Shown: positions 1 through 10,900, numbered from the stretch's first letter. The stretch: DNA of 64,000 nt from Candidatus Altimarinota bacterium (GCA_041739085.1 JBGSON010000014.1:13410-77409), one strand, 5' to 3'. A program made the numbers and translations. Notes: generated by a model not told the origin, from the letters alone.

Positions 1-387
1 GTTCTGCACGGAAAACTTGGGGACCCTCACCATGAGTTCTCCGATTTGATCGAAAAATGGGCGGTTGAAATCATAGGAAGTCGCATACTCCTCCGCATCC
101 CATTTATCGCCCCACCAGGCTTCCGTATCGTACACCGGAAAAGACGGCCACTTCGCGCTTCCTTTCGGAACCGGGGCGTACATGGAAATGATCTGTTTCC
201 CCGTGAGATCGCATTTTCGCTCATAGAGATTCCTGAAATTCCGAAAGCTCATCCTCCGCTGGACGCGGCAATCGGGACAAAGCGACGGAGGCGGAACCTT
301 CATCTTTTCATAGAATGCCTGATCTTCATTCGTGACGATGAACTGATGCTCAGGGTTTTGTTTGCAGGTTTTCGTGAGGGTTGGCAT
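1..387 (-). CDS. conserved hypothetical protein with a Cys-rich (zinc-ribbon-like) N-terminus; partial, runs off the window start
   Basis: Absent from the ORF track because it has no stop in the window. My translation from the ATG (complement of 385-387) is MPTLTKTCKQNPEHQFIVTNEDQAFYEKMKVPPPSLCPDCRVQRRMSFRNFRNLYERKCDLTGKQIISMY...WWGDKWDAEEY. It stays open for 129 codons to base 1. The C..CPDC..C pattern resembles a hypothetical family I recall from CPR genomes. Confidence 0.6.
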   Translation of the reverse strand, partial: MPTLTKTCKQNPEHQFIVTNEDQAFYEKMKVPPPSLCPDCRVQRRMSFRNFRNLYERKCDLTGKQIISMYAPVPKGSAKWPSFPVYDTEAWWGDKWDAEEYATSYDFNRPFFDQIGELMVRVPKFSVQN

Positions 388-511
388 TGCATGGGGGGTT
401 AGAGGAGAAAGTATAGCGCATAGAATTTTATTATCAACAAAAGCATTATTACTAAATCCAAATAAATGATTAATTTGGCTTGATGAAAGCTTATTTAAGA
501 AATACAATTGC

Positions 512-529
512 TGTAGATGATTATCTACA
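512..529. promoter_or_regulatory. inverted repeat TGTAGAT-gatt-ATCTACA, 3 nt upstream of the TrmB start; candidate operator
   Basis: Perfect 7-bp arms with a 4-nt spacer, read directly from the AT-rich divergent intergenic region 388-532. Confidence 0.25.
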
Positions 530-532
530 ACA

Positions 533-1291
533 ATGATACAAAATGATTTGCAGGAGCTCGGGCTGTCCGATGAAGAAGCGAAGGTGTACCTCGCGCTACT
601 AGAACTCGGAGGCGGGTACGTGAGCACGGTCGCGAGGAAGGCGAAGGTCCATCGCGTCACCACGTACAACACTCTCGGAAACCTCGTGAAACGCGGGCTC
701 GTCTCCCATGCCACCCATAAAAAGATCCGATACTATTCCCCGGAACCGCCGCAGGTCATCAAGAACCAGTTCGAGGAAAAATACGAAACAGCGAAAAAAA
801 TATTGCCGGAGCTTCTGGCTCTCCATCGCTCCGCCTCTTTTACGCCGAAAATCCGCTACTTCGAGGAAAAGGAGAACATGATCGCCATTTTCGACGACAT
901 GGCGAGCACGAAAACGGAAATTCTGGGATACACGAATCTCGTCCCGCTCCACGAACTTTTCCCCGACGTCATCCTCCGATTCGGAAAAACGATACGGGAG
1001 AATAAGACGAAAGTCCGGCTCCTCTCGCCGCGGGATGAGGCAAATGAGCGGTGCGTGCGAAAATTTTTCGGAGAGTCTGTTCGGGAAGGGCTCATGGAAA
1101 TCCTCTGCGTGAATCCCCTTCAATATCCCTTTCAGAACGGTGTCTTTTTCTATGACGACAAAATGGCGATCATTTCCTACGCGAAGCACGAACTCCTCGG
1201 GGTCATCGTAGAGAGTGCGGTGAACACGCAGACACAGAAAGCGATGTTCGATCTCGCCTGGCTCGGGGCGACGAGTTTCATCGTGCGATAG
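533..1291 (+). CDS. TrmB-family transcriptional regulator
   Basis: N-terminal winged helix: LQELGLSDEEAKVYLALLELGGGYVSTVARKAKVHRVTTYNTLGNLVKRGLV. The 252-aa length is typical of TrmB-like proteins. Confidence 0.8.
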   Translation: MIQNDLQELGLSDEEAKVYLALLELGGGYVSTVARKAKVHRVTTYNTLGNLVKRGLVSHATHKKIRYYSPEPPQVIKNQFEEKYETAKKILPELLALHRSASFTPKIRYFEEKENMIAIFDDMASTKTEILGYTNLVPLHELFPDVILRFGKTIRENKTKVRLLSPRDEANERCVRKFFGESVREGLMEILCVNPLQYPFQNGVFFYDDKMAIISYAKHELLGVIVESAVNTQTQKAMFDLAWLGATSFIVR

Positions 1292-1345
1292 TGGAGAACA
1301 TTGCCCATGAGAAGAGTTTTTCCAGGCAGGCGCACTGATGCTCCT

Positions 1346-2194
1346 TTATTTCCTCATTCTCCTTTTCAGCCTCTTCCTCTCCCGTTCCTGGAGAAACACA
1401 AGGGAACCCGCATCATGAGACGTGATCCCCTCTTCAGGAATCATGTCTTGAAGGAGCGCTGCTTCATGGTCGAACGTTCTCCTTCCTCGCGGAGAAATTT
1501 TCGGCTTCGGACGTTTCTTTCGCGTTTCGTACATCCTCTTCGGAGGCATTTCGAGAAAACGCACGATCCGTGTTCTCGTTTTCTCCACCTGTGAAGCAAT
1601 GGTTTTTCGGGTGATGTGTTCAGACTTCCTCGTAAGATCGGGTGTCGGCGCTTCGGCTTCGGCCTGGCACCGAGCGTACTGAGCGGAATTGAAGCAGATG
1701 GAACCCTGCCATCTCAAGAGTTCGCTGATGATGTTCAACATGGTATTTGTCGGAGTAAATCCAAGTGTTTCTTCCGCGAATGGTATTCTTTCATTGTTCT
1801 CAGTGCTGTAATACCAGTCTCGAGACTCAGTATTCTGTTGAAATCTTCCGAAAAATATCCAGAAGCAGGATTCGATTTGATCCCTCGTCTCTTCACTGCA
1901 TCTTCTAAGCAAAGTTTCCATTCTCTCTTTCATACCCCGGATGGAACGTTTCGTTTTTGCGAGAAAATTCTGCCTCCCTGATTGAATTCTCGCGAGAGAA
2001 TTTTTGAGTTTTTCTCTTTCCGTTTCTACCATCTCTGCGAATTCGGGAGAGAGATCGAACGTATTCGAGAGACGGAAATCAACCTCGATGCCATTTTCAC
2101 TTCGAGTGGCGACAAGGTACGGACGAAAGGTCTCCGGCGTCATGCCGAGAATTCGGTTCATCGTGCTCGCCGGAATTTCGGAAGCGGAATCCAT
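1346..2194 (-). CDS. hypothetical protein with a strongly basic C-terminal tail
   Basis: 282-aa ORF with an ATG start. It fills the gap between flanking genes. No recognisable motifs. Confidence 0.5.
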   Translation of the reverse strand: MDSASEIPASTMNRILGMTPETFRPYLVATRSENGIEVDFRLSNTFDLSPEFAEMVETEREKLKNSLARIQSGRQNFLAKTKRSIRGMKERMETLLRRCSEETRDQIESCFWIFFGRFQQNTESRDWYYSTENNERIPFAEETLGFTPTNTMLNIISELLRWQGSICFNSAQYARCQAEAEAPTPDLTRKSEHITRKTIASQVEKTRTRIVRFLEMPPKRMYETRKKRPKPKISPRGRRTFDHEAALLQDMIPEEGITSHDAGSLVFLQERERKRLKRRMRK

Positions 2195-2215
2195 GGGAAA
2201 AAGATTTTTCAGATA

Positions 2216-3052
2216 TCAGTTCGACCATACCGGGGTACGCTCCTCGGATCGGCCCCGCGCCCTCATCTCATAATGTTTTTCCATTCTCAGAAACGGTGTC
2301 GGGAATCCGATCGTGAACATCCTGCCGTCCACCCCTTGCTCGCGGTACGCCGTTGAACAGAACACTCCGAAGTTCTGCAGAAACCATGTGTGCATATCGG
2401 AAAGCGGCGAATATCGGCAGAGATAAGAATCATCGAGGAATGCCACTCCTCCGAGTTTGAGTGCGCGGGCCACCTCGGAGAGAATCTGAAAGTATCTCTC
2501 CCGATCGCCTCCGTATTCGTTCAGGATAAATTCGAGCACCTGAAACGACTGGAACACATCGACAGAGTTATCCGGAAAAGGAAGCCGCGCGATGTCTCCC
2601 CGGATGGCCTGGGCTCTCCTTCCTTCCGGATACGCGCGGCAGGAGTCTTTCGCGAGACACCAGTCGACATTAAACGCCTGAACATTCTCCGGGCCGTATT
2701 CATCGACGATCCCGTCCGCGCAAACGGATCTCGGCCCTCCTCCGAGATCGACGACCGCGACTTTCGGATCCCGGGTCTTTCTCGCATCCACCCTCCGGTC
2801 GATTTCCAGCCGGAATTTGTTGTTGTATCCGTCACGTGCGTTGAGATATTCAAACGAACGATCCGTGAGCCGGAAAAACGCGGGAGGATCGTCCCGCACA
2901 ATAACCGGCCCCCACAGAGTATTGAGTTCATACCGGAATCCCTCAGGCACGATCACATCCCGTTCCGTGAGGAGCGGAAGTTTTTCAGCAACAGGACAGG
3001 TGAGAGAGTTGCATTCCCGGTAAGTTCTTTCCGTATGCGGTTTTTCGACCAT
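2216..3052 (-). CDS. class I SAM-dependent methyltransferase
   Basis: Motif I VVDLGGGP, then LPFPDNSVDVF and ALKLGGVAFLDD. The track ORF begins at a TTG (3064); the first ATG is at 3052 (MVEKPH...). Confidence 0.75.
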   Translation of the reverse strand: MVEKPHTERTYRECNSLTCPVAEKLPLLTERDVIVPEGFRYELNTLWGPVIVRDDPPAFFRLTDRSFEYLNARDGYNNKFRLEIDRRVDARKTRDPKVAVVDLGGGPRSVCADGIVDEYGPENVQAFNVDWCLAKDSCRAYPEGRRAQAIRGDIARLPFPDNSVDVFQSFQVLEFILNEYGGDRERYFQILSEVARALKLGGVAFLDDSYLCRYSPLSDMHTWFLQNFGVFCSTAYREQGVDGRMFTIGFPTPFLRMEKHYEMRARGRSEERTPVWSN

Positions 3053-3131
3053 GTGTGAAAACAATTGGCGATTATTATTCTATAAATTTACATGTGTGTC
3101 AAACAATGCGCGGCTGGAAAGAGAAAGCCGC

Positions 3132-6100
3132 ATGAGACAAAACTCTGGCTCTTCAGTTTTGTTGACAAACATGTCTTTTGTGTATATCGTTTGCTCCATT
3201 TTTTCATATGTTTTTTTTGCAATGGAGGACTCACGAGATACTCATCCGATTGATACTGATGCAGAGAGAAACGGGGAAATAATTCCGTCGCCGGAACGAT
3301 TACCGGAGCTGGTCATCAAGGACCACCTCCTAAAAACGGAACAGGAGTTCACGGGAGAAGCGGTGAAATTACAGGCATGCGACACCTCCTCCTCTGTTGC
3401 CGTTTTTGAAACGCTCGAGAATTATTTTCGCGCATGGCGGAGGAAACTCCTCATGCGGAATTATCTCAACCGGCAGCATGGCAATATGCGTGAAGCGACT
3501 CCGGAGGGAATGATTCGTTACGTCGAGGAGGCAGGAAATAATACTGATCGATATTGTGGCTATCGCGGCATCCCCGGGGATGATTTTTTCCGCGTAGAAA
3601 TGTTCCCGGCCATCGCAGAACTCGCGGAAACTCCGGAAGATCTTCTGAGGATCGGGAAGGACGCGATTGAGATTCTCAGACTTCTCATGGTGGGAGAGCT
3701 CTCCTATACCACCCACAGCACGACGGACAATCTCCTCTATAAATTCTTCCGAAACACTGGCGTTCCCACAGGATATTCCTGGAATGATGCGACAGGACAA
3801 TTTCGGCATTATTATGCACATTACGAAGCTTCTTTTACCAAAGCAGTCGCGATCCATCAGGGATGGGAATGCGATCGCCATTACGGGGGCAGTGATTATA
3901 CGAATTCCAGAGATGAGATCGATCGGACATTTGTTCCCGTCTATGAAGCGATTCCGGAAAGATGGAGAGATGATGTGTTTGATATTTTTGTGAAATTTGG
4001 AGGCCATCATCATGCGCACCTCTATCTGAAGAAAATCCCCGGAGAAGTAAAATATTTCGTCGATCACGAAAAGGAACACCTCCTCCCCTATTACTTCCGG
4101 CTTCTCCGTTCCACATCGCCCCAGCATGATCTGGAGAATGATGGCGCCATCCTTTTTGATCTTGATCCGCTCGGACAAGAACTGGAAGCGCTTCACGGTT
4201 ATACCGCGCACAGGGAAGAATCACTGGAGTTTGCCGCAGCGGTCATCGGGTGTTATGAATCGTTCGGAAACCGGCACTGGGGAAATGACAAAAACTTTTC
4301 GTTCATAGCCCCGTCGGAGGAAGATAAACAAGAAATGCGCCATGTCGGGTATTTTAATATTCCACGGATCATTGCGTCCCTTGAGAATGACGGATACTCT
4401 CCTGAGGAAATTCGCGATATCCTCGCGCTTCCGGAAAAGTATTCCTGGCTGAAGCATGCCATCTTCCATATTATTGAACACTACGCAGAAATCGATTCGG
4501 GATTATTTCCCGGAGGAGTTTTTGCACTTCTTTCCTATCTCGAAAATTTCCGATCGGCAGAACGCGGGGCGTATAATTTCGTGCAAACCGTTACTGAGAA
4601 AAAACTCCCTGCGTCCGGCCTTGATGAATATCTCGCAGTCGGGACAGAACTGATTCAAAGGCTCGGGAAAAGTGCTAATGATTACTTTGACCTCCGTTCC
4701 TCCGCCTTATTCAGCGTGAAACTCCTCGATCTCCTCCGCAACCCCGGAGTGTTCCGGGATGCGGTGCTTTCGGGATCAACACTCGCGGAAAGTTATCCGT
4801 TTCCAGAAGACGGCATGAGCGGAGACGGGAGATCGACCATACTCGGTGCGTTTTTCGAGCATTACGGCGATCCGCAGTTCGAACGTTTTCTCGAAGGATA
4901 CCGCATCATCATCGCGCGGGCTCATCGGAAAAAGCTGGAACCGAAAGATCCGGAAGATCGTTCCACGCGGGATGAATACCATCTCAGGCGGGATTTCGGA
5001 GAAGCGATCGGTCATTATTCAAGAGTTCAATATCATTTCACGAGAGGAAACCGGAATATCGGCGATGAAAAATCACTTCCGGATATTCCATATGAAGACG
5101 CTTCCCGGATCTGCCTCTTTTTCATTTTTGACAGCAAGACGCACTACATGGACCTCTTCCAGCGTTTTGGAGAACTGGTGCACGACGGAATAGACCACCG
5201 GATTTCAGCCGCACTTGCTGTCTCTCTTACGGATCCGGAGAGGGCATCCTTCCCTGAAATTGAAGGCGTTGAATTCCCCCTGCCGAAGGAAAAAGCGATG
5301 AAGCTATTCGGAGCGATCGTGGAATCGAGGAAAACGGTGACGAGGATCCTCCATGCGGAACGGATGGGGCCGGAACGCGCACTGGAAGCATGTAAACATA
5401 CGCGTTCCTTCATGCGGCCGCCAAAGGAGCGATGGGGATATGACGAAATCATGACCCTCCGAAAGGAGCTCGAGAGACTGGAAGAACTGGAGGCAGATCC
5501 GGAAATAAAGGTACAAATAAATATGGAAAGATTTAAAGCGCTCATCCGTGAAGCGATCAATTTCGGGACTCTGCAAAGGATGATGAATATCGGACTGAGT
5601 CAGGTGAACCTCGATGTCCATGAGACCCCGTTCATGAGAGACTCCAATCCGTATACCCAGATGATCACCGCGGCGGTTTCGCTTTTCGCCGCAGCGGGAG
5701 TGACGGAGATCCCGGGCGTTTCGGAAGGACTGGAAGAGCTTCCATTGCAGAATCCGCTCCTTTCTTCCACACCATCAAAAGAAGAGGAAGATGCCCGTCT
5801 CGCGCTTGTTTTGAAGGATCCGAAATTTGAATCTGCACTCCGAAGAAATATTCACTGTGCGCTTCCGCGAGTGGAACGAATGATCCTTCAGGCGAGAATG
5901 GCAATGCCGGGGCTCATGCCCGTGGGAGGGAAGATCCACACGACGACACCCATGAACAGCGATGTCCTCACCGGGATCCGGAATATTTTCGGACTGGAGA
6001 GTACTCCATTCCAGCTCATCCACGCGAATGATTCCCTCCTCCTCCCTCCGATGCCGAGTGCACTCGAACTCCAGCTCCTCATCCATATTCTGGAAAAATG

Positions 6101-6737
6101 CGGAGTCATTCATTCTGAAAGACCCGAGCTTCAGGTTGCGGTGGGAGACAGATTGCATGAAGATCTTGCCGCTCAGGTCGGATCAGCCGTTCTTCTCGGA
6201 ACGAGCAGGGGGATCGTGTATCCGGATAACGCATTTGCCACGACGCACGACGAGCAAACGGGAACCCGCATCATGGCGTACGATGCCGGAGTGAGAAGAA
6301 GCGGCATGCCGTACGATGTTGCCGGAGCAGAGGGGAGAACCGACATGCTGGGACGGAGACATTACGGAGACATTGGCATTTATCAGCTTCTCGGGACCCT
6401 TGCCGTCCACGAACAGAGAGGCGAAAGATTTGCTCCGCTCATGAGGAGATTTTCCCGTGGGTTTCACGATGTTCTGTCATGTCATGGACTCAGGAATTCT
6501 CTTCATGCATCCGCTTGGATTTTTGATCCGACAAAAAACGGAGATGATCCCGTGAGACATGCTGAGATGGTAAATCGATTCGGGAACGCCTGGATGGAAT
6601 CCATGAATGAGCCGGGATTCGGGATCATCGGAGACGTGAGAAGGCTCATCGAACTCGCATCTCACGAAGTGAGAGCGCAGAGGGAAGATGTTATCGCGGC
6701 AAAACCGGACGAATACGAAGCATTCCTCCGGTATTGA
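3132..6737 (+). CDS. giant orphan protein A (about 1200 aa); its C-terminal module is paralogous to giant protein B
   Basis: Single uninterrupted ORF 3051-6737. Candidate starts are 3051, 3132 (purine-rich gaaagagaaag upstream), 3171 and 3222. With the 3132 start the N-terminus is MRQNSGSSVLLTNMSFVYIVCSIFSYVFFAMEDS, which looks like a signal or anchor segment. I recognise no known family. Confidence 0.8.
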   Translation: MRQNSGSSVLLTNMSFVYIVCSIFSYVFFAMEDSRDTHPIDTDAERNGEIIPSPERLPELVIKDHLLKTEQEFTGEAVKLQACDTSSSVAVFETLENYFRAWRRKLLMRNYLNRQHGNMREATPEGMIRYVEEAGNNTDRYCGYRGIPGDDFFRVEMFPAIAELAETPEDLLRIGKDAIEILRLLMVGELSYTTHSTTDNLLYKFFRNTGVPTGYSWNDATGQFRHYYAHYEASFTKAVAIHQGWECDRHYGGSDYTNSRDEIDRTFVPVYEAIPERWRDDVFDIFVKFGGHHHAHLYLKKIPGEVKYFVDHEKEHLLPYYFRLLRSTSPQHDLENDGAILFDLDPLGQELEALHGYTAHREESLEFAAAVIGCYESFGNRHWGNDKNFSFIAPSEEDKQEMRHVGYFNIPRIIASLENDGYSPEEIRDILALPEKYSWLKHAIFHIIEHYAEIDSGLFPGGVFALLSYLENFRSAERGAYNFVQTVTEKKLPASGLDEYLAVGTELIQRLGKSANDYFDLRSSALFSVKLLDLLRNPGVFRDAVLSGSTLAESYPFPEDGMSGDGRSTILGAFFEHYGDPQFERFLEGYRIIIARAHRKKLEPKDPEDRSTRDEYHLRRDFGEAIGHYSRVQYHFTRGNRNIGDEKSLPDIPYEDASRICLFFIFDSKTHYMDLFQRFGELVHDGIDHRISAALAVSLTDPERASFPEIEGVEFPLPKEKAMKLFGAIVESRKTVTRILHAERMGPERALEACKHTRSFMRPPKERWGYDEIMTLRKELERLEELEADPEIKVQINMERFKALIREAINFGTLQRMMNIGLSQVNLDVHETPFMRDSNPYTQMITAAVSLFAAAGVTEIPGVSEGLEELPLQNPLLSSTPSKEEEDARLALVLKDPKFESALRRNIHCALPRVERMILQARMAMPGLMPVGGKIHTTTPMNSDVLTGIRNIFGLESTPFQLIHANDSLLLPPMPSALELQLLIHILEKCGVIHSERPELQVAVGDRLHEDLAAQVGSAVLLGTSRGIVYPDNAFATTHDEQTGTRIMAYDAGVRRSGMPYDVAGAEGRTDMLGRRHYGDIGIYQLLGTLAVHEQRGERFAPLMRRFSRGFHDVLSCHGLRNSLHASAWIFDPTKNGDDPVRHAEMVNRFGNAWMESMNEPGFGIIGDVRRLIELASHEVRAQREDVIAAKPDEYEAFLRY

Positions 6738-6759
6738 TTTAATACAGATCTGTGCAATC

Positions 6760-7950
6760 TTATCGGCTCATGAATTCCGGGAGGATCTTTCTCGCTTCTT
6801 CCTCACCGAAGAGTTCCGTGAGGCGTTGTCTCAACTGAGAGATAGCAATTCCTTTGTTCGGTCCCGAGAGATCCTCAATCGGTGTCCCCATTTTTTGACT
6901 TACGGCCATGAGGAGACCATTCTGAAATTTTCTTCGGGCTGCATCTTTCGCAGCATTCGTATGTTTTGTCTTATGCCGAGGTTCTTCCGCTTTTGCCTGC
7001 GAGAGAAGTGCTGCGATTTCCGCTCTCATCTCGCCTGATATGGCGCCCCTCAATCCAAGGAATCCCTTAACTCTTTCCTTCCACCCGAGCGGTTTTACGT
7101 CAGGTGCTACGGCTACGGGAGGTGCGGAGGGAGAAACTTCCTCTTTTACGACTGAAGTCGAAGGAGCAAGCGCAAAAAAATCCATATTCTGTATTCGCTC
7201 CGCTTCTTCTCTTCTTCTCCTCTTTTTTTCCGCTCTCTGTTGCGCTTCTGATTGTTTTCCCTGCCCGCTCGTATGTCGCGGCTTTGTCCACAGTGTCGAT
7301 GAAACAGAGGGTTTTGCTGTATCCGGTGGAGTTGGAGGCGTAACTCCTTTCGGCTTCAGTTGTTCGACCGGTTTTTCCGCTGCAGGAGCCGGAAGAGTTG
7401 TTCTTTCCGGTTCGTGCGCCTTTGGAGGAGTCGCATCCACCACCACTCCGTCCACCGTTCTGGTTTCAACGGGTAATGTCTTTGGGGAAGGCGTCTTCGT
7501 TTCCGATGTTCTCTGCGGCTTCGGAGCCGGGACCGTGGCTTCATGAGGAGCATTTCCCGCGAGTTTTCCTTCCACTTTCGGAGTACCGGCTCTTTCGTCT
7601 ATTTCCTCACGCCGATGATCTACCAGCGGGAGCGCCAAGAGTGATCCTGCGGCTCTGCCGATGTGCTCTGCAGTTACTTCGATGACGACGTCTCCATCTC
7701 CATCGCCATCATCCTCTTCTCCAAGATCTAAACCTCTTTCTTCCATTTCATCTCCGAGGAAATCGAGTTCATCACCGCTACCGGCGTCTTCACGGGAGAG
7801 CTCGGCAGGCGGGAGCGCTTTTGGTCCCTCTCGTTCCGGGAATCGCGGGAGAGTCGCTTCCCGTGCTCCGCTTCCGACATGTCGATGGGTTTCACACATA
7901 GTTTTTGGGAAAAATGAAAAATCAATGAACGGCCTCACGGCTTGCTTCAT
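6760..7950 (-). CDS. low-complexity acidic and Pro/Thr/Lys-rich (probably disordered) protein with a helical C-terminal region
   Basis: 396-aa ORF with an ATG at 7950 that overlaps the stop of the upstream giant ORF by 29 nt. Contains DELDFLGDEMEERGLDLGEEDDGDGDGD, long PxxP/TP-rich tracts and a KKRRRREEAER patch. An alternative ATG is at 7899. Confidence 0.7.
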   Translation of the reverse strand: MKQAVRPFIDFSFFPKTMCETHRHVGSGAREATLPRFPEREGPKALPPAELSREDAGSGDELDFLGDEMEERGLDLGEEDDGDGDGDVVIEVTAEHIGRAAGSLLALPLVDHRREEIDERAGTPKVEGKLAGNAPHEATVPAPKPQRTSETKTPSPKTLPVETRTVDGVVVDATPPKAHEPERTTLPAPAAEKPVEQLKPKGVTPPTPPDTAKPSVSSTLWTKPRHTSGQGKQSEAQQRAEKKRRRREEAERIQNMDFFALAPSTSVVKEEVSPSAPPVAVAPDVKPLGWKERVKGFLGLRGAISGEMRAEIAALLSQAKAEEPRHKTKHTNAAKDAARRKFQNGLLMAVSQKMGTPIEDLSGPNKGIAISQLRQRLTELFGEEEARKILPEFMSR

Positions 7951-10900
7951 TTCTGTATTTATTTTCCAGTAAGCTTTCTTGGACTACTCTAACACTTTCT
8001 CTGAGCCAGTCAAATAATTTCCGGGCTTCGAAAATGATCCCCTGTTCTTCCCCTGTTTCGCTGTACCGGTCAGCACAGGCGAAATACGCATCCGTGCAAA
8101 CTCTTACATTTTCATAATGCCTTTTTCCTGCTCCGGTGGTGCTATTTCCATTACCGCAAATCCAGTTTTCATCCAGGACTTGTTCCATTCCATATTTTCG
8201 AAGGATCTGAAGATATCTCTTTTTGAATTCTTCGGCGAAGTCTCCAAATGGACCACCGTATTTTTCCTGCGCGAGAACGGAATGAAGGAGCTGAAAAAGC
8301 TTCATATCATTCGGATGTCTCCGCCCGAGCATATCTGTTCTTCCGGAAAATCCATTCGTGTTGGGGAGGCGCGCATTTTGAGCTCCTGCGTCGTACGCCA
8401 TCATGCGCGCTCCGGTAGATGCGTCATGAGTAGTAGAGAACGCTTTTTCGTCATATTCAACGCCTCTTTCTGTCGCAAGGAGAATGGCACTCCCGAGTAT
8501 CCCAGCTTGATACGGATCGAGTCTTCCGACTCCGCTCACCTGGAGTTCCGGGAATTCGCTGTCGATAACGCCGCTCGCGTCGAGGACGTATAAAATAGAC
8601 TGCAGTTCTTCCGCACTCGGCATCGGAGGAAGGAGGAGGGATGTATTGGCGTGAATCAATCGGAATGAGGTCTGACCAAACTGGAAAAGTCCCCGGAACA
8701 TCTCAAAATGCTCAGTCTCAATGGGATGGAGCACATGGATTTTTCCTCCCACCGGGAGTAGTCCGATGGCATTGTCCCGCCACATCTCAATCGTTTTCCT
8801 CGCCAGCGGGATCGCTTTTTTGCACGCGCTTCTGAAGTCCGAATCGGTGGGCTGAAGGTGTTTTACGGAAATGCCCGCGGGAACGAGTGAACGTCTTCCT
8901 CCTCTCCTCACTTCCACAGCTTTCGGATTGCTCTGGATCGACTCTTCTCTCAGCGCCACTATTGCGGGACGCGATGAGGTTTCCGGTTTCTGCTCAATGG
9001 TGAGTGTCCCGAGAAGCGTTGTTATGGAGAGAGAGGTCGATGTGGCGGATGCAAGCTCCTGATTCTCTCTTGAGTCATTTCCTCTCCCGATATCATCCAG
9101 GAATTTCTGGAATTCGCCTTCTGTCCTCAGGGAGCGGATTGTGTTCCATACTTGAACATAACCGTATATCCCGAGATGCGCCTCAAAAATCCGGTCGAGT
9201 GCATCGTCTGTTAAAAACAGAATCCCCTTGATTCCCTCAGTCAGGATATCTTTTTCCCTTGCGATTGCGGACACCCATTCCTGCAACGTGTCTCCGCCAT
9301 TCTCCCGTTGAGAACGAAGCTTCTGCATCATGCTCCATTCGAGTGTTTTTATCTCCTCGATGCAGGTTGAGACGGCAAGGAGGGTTAAAAAGAACTCTTT
9401 GATCCGGGACTGAAAATTTCCGATGAGAAACGGATGCTGAAGGCTTTCGCGAAAAGCCCGGACATTGATGATGCCGAGATCCTGAAATTCCGCAATCATT
9501 CGGAGACTGTCCGAATACTCCTGTTCACCGAAAAGAGTTTCTCCCATATTTATTTCCGGACCTTTTCCTGTTTTCCAGAGGACGAGATGACAGGAAAGGG
9601 GGAGGGATATCTCATCGCACGTGAGAATTCCGGTTGTTACGAGGAGGTGGAGGGCGACGATGTAATCCATCTGAGAGGAGACGAATTCAAACCGCTTCTG
9701 CCATTTCTCTTCTGTCGGTTCCATATACTCTCTTTCTATATCATGCTGAAGGTATGCTTCTTCTGATTCGCTCCAGCCCACTTTCGTTTCTTCGTCCGCA
9801 TCATCTTTCCAGGAATCATCTTCAAATTCTTCCGGATGAGCTTTCCGATATTCCTCATTTTCTTTTCGCTGTGCAATTTTTCTCTCCCGAACACGCGTTT
9901 CGCACTCCTTTTTGAATTCCTCACCTGGTTCTTCCGTCATCCAGTCAAACAGCCCCATGAGTTCTTTCCACGAAAAAAGTCCCATGATCCAGACATCGAG
10001 GAGATTGGAAATGATCATGATCCGGTCTACCGTTCTTTCCGCGTTCCTTTCCGCCTGAGCATATCTCTCATTTGGCTGACACATGAATGAATGTTTGTAC
10101 TCTGGATCAGGAATGCGGTTGAATTTCTGGAGAAAACGGAGGAATCCTTTGGGGGGACGGAAAGGATCCGGCATTTTGAGAGCAAAAACGGAAAAATAGG
10201 GTGCCGTGACTTCTTCGTCGATCCATCCGCATTCTTCCCGGACCTGCTCATAGAACTCGAGAAAGCCCAGGAGCGGCGTGATTTCTGAACTTCCTCCGGC
10301 GGGGAGTAAATTTTGTTTCGCGACAGGAAGGGCAAGGACACCGTCCAGGTTTGCGGCGAGAAGGCGACAGGTATCGGACCTCACCCTGAGTGCCGGCGGC
10401 GTTTTCGCTCTTTCCGAAAGCGGTTTTCTCAGCGGTTCGACGAGCTCTTTGAGGAGTCCGGACGTGATGGTCACTTCATCTCTTTTTTCCCTTTCCATCC
10501 TTTCTCTACCAAACGCAGCATGGACAAGGCCGTACATTCCCGGGAAATTAAAAACCGCCTCTTCCCCCTCCAGCCTACCGATAATTTCGGTCCTCGGCTT
10601 CTGCCTTTCCATGTGTTTCATGAGCATCTCCGTTGCATCCCCTCTTCTGTCCGATGGGATTTCCTGAAGAAAATCCAGGACGAATTCGAGGAGATTCGCG
10701 GCTCTCCGCGGATTTCCGATCCCGTACATTTTTGTAATGCGGGCGGTAAACTGAACTGATTCAGTTATGGAAAATCCGTCAAGTTCTGCAAGCTTATAGC
10801 CCGCAATCTGATAGGCTTCGAGGACAAACTCAAAGGCAAAAGCGGCGTGAGCCGCGATTTCTGAGACGATTTTTCTGCCCGTTTCGCTGTTCCCAATTTC

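Noticed and set aside
3369-4211. Long antisense or overlapping ORFs inside large genes. Examples are 3369-4211(-), 8117-8593(+), 10313-10759(+), 25425-26039(-), 26136-26960(-), 32900-33931(+), 38670-39527(+), 59032-59823(+) and 61000-61644(+).
   Set aside because: They lie entirely within genes that carry strong family motifs or much longer ORFs on the other strand. Their translations are Arg/Ser/Pro-rich and low in complexity, which is typical of shadow ORFs.
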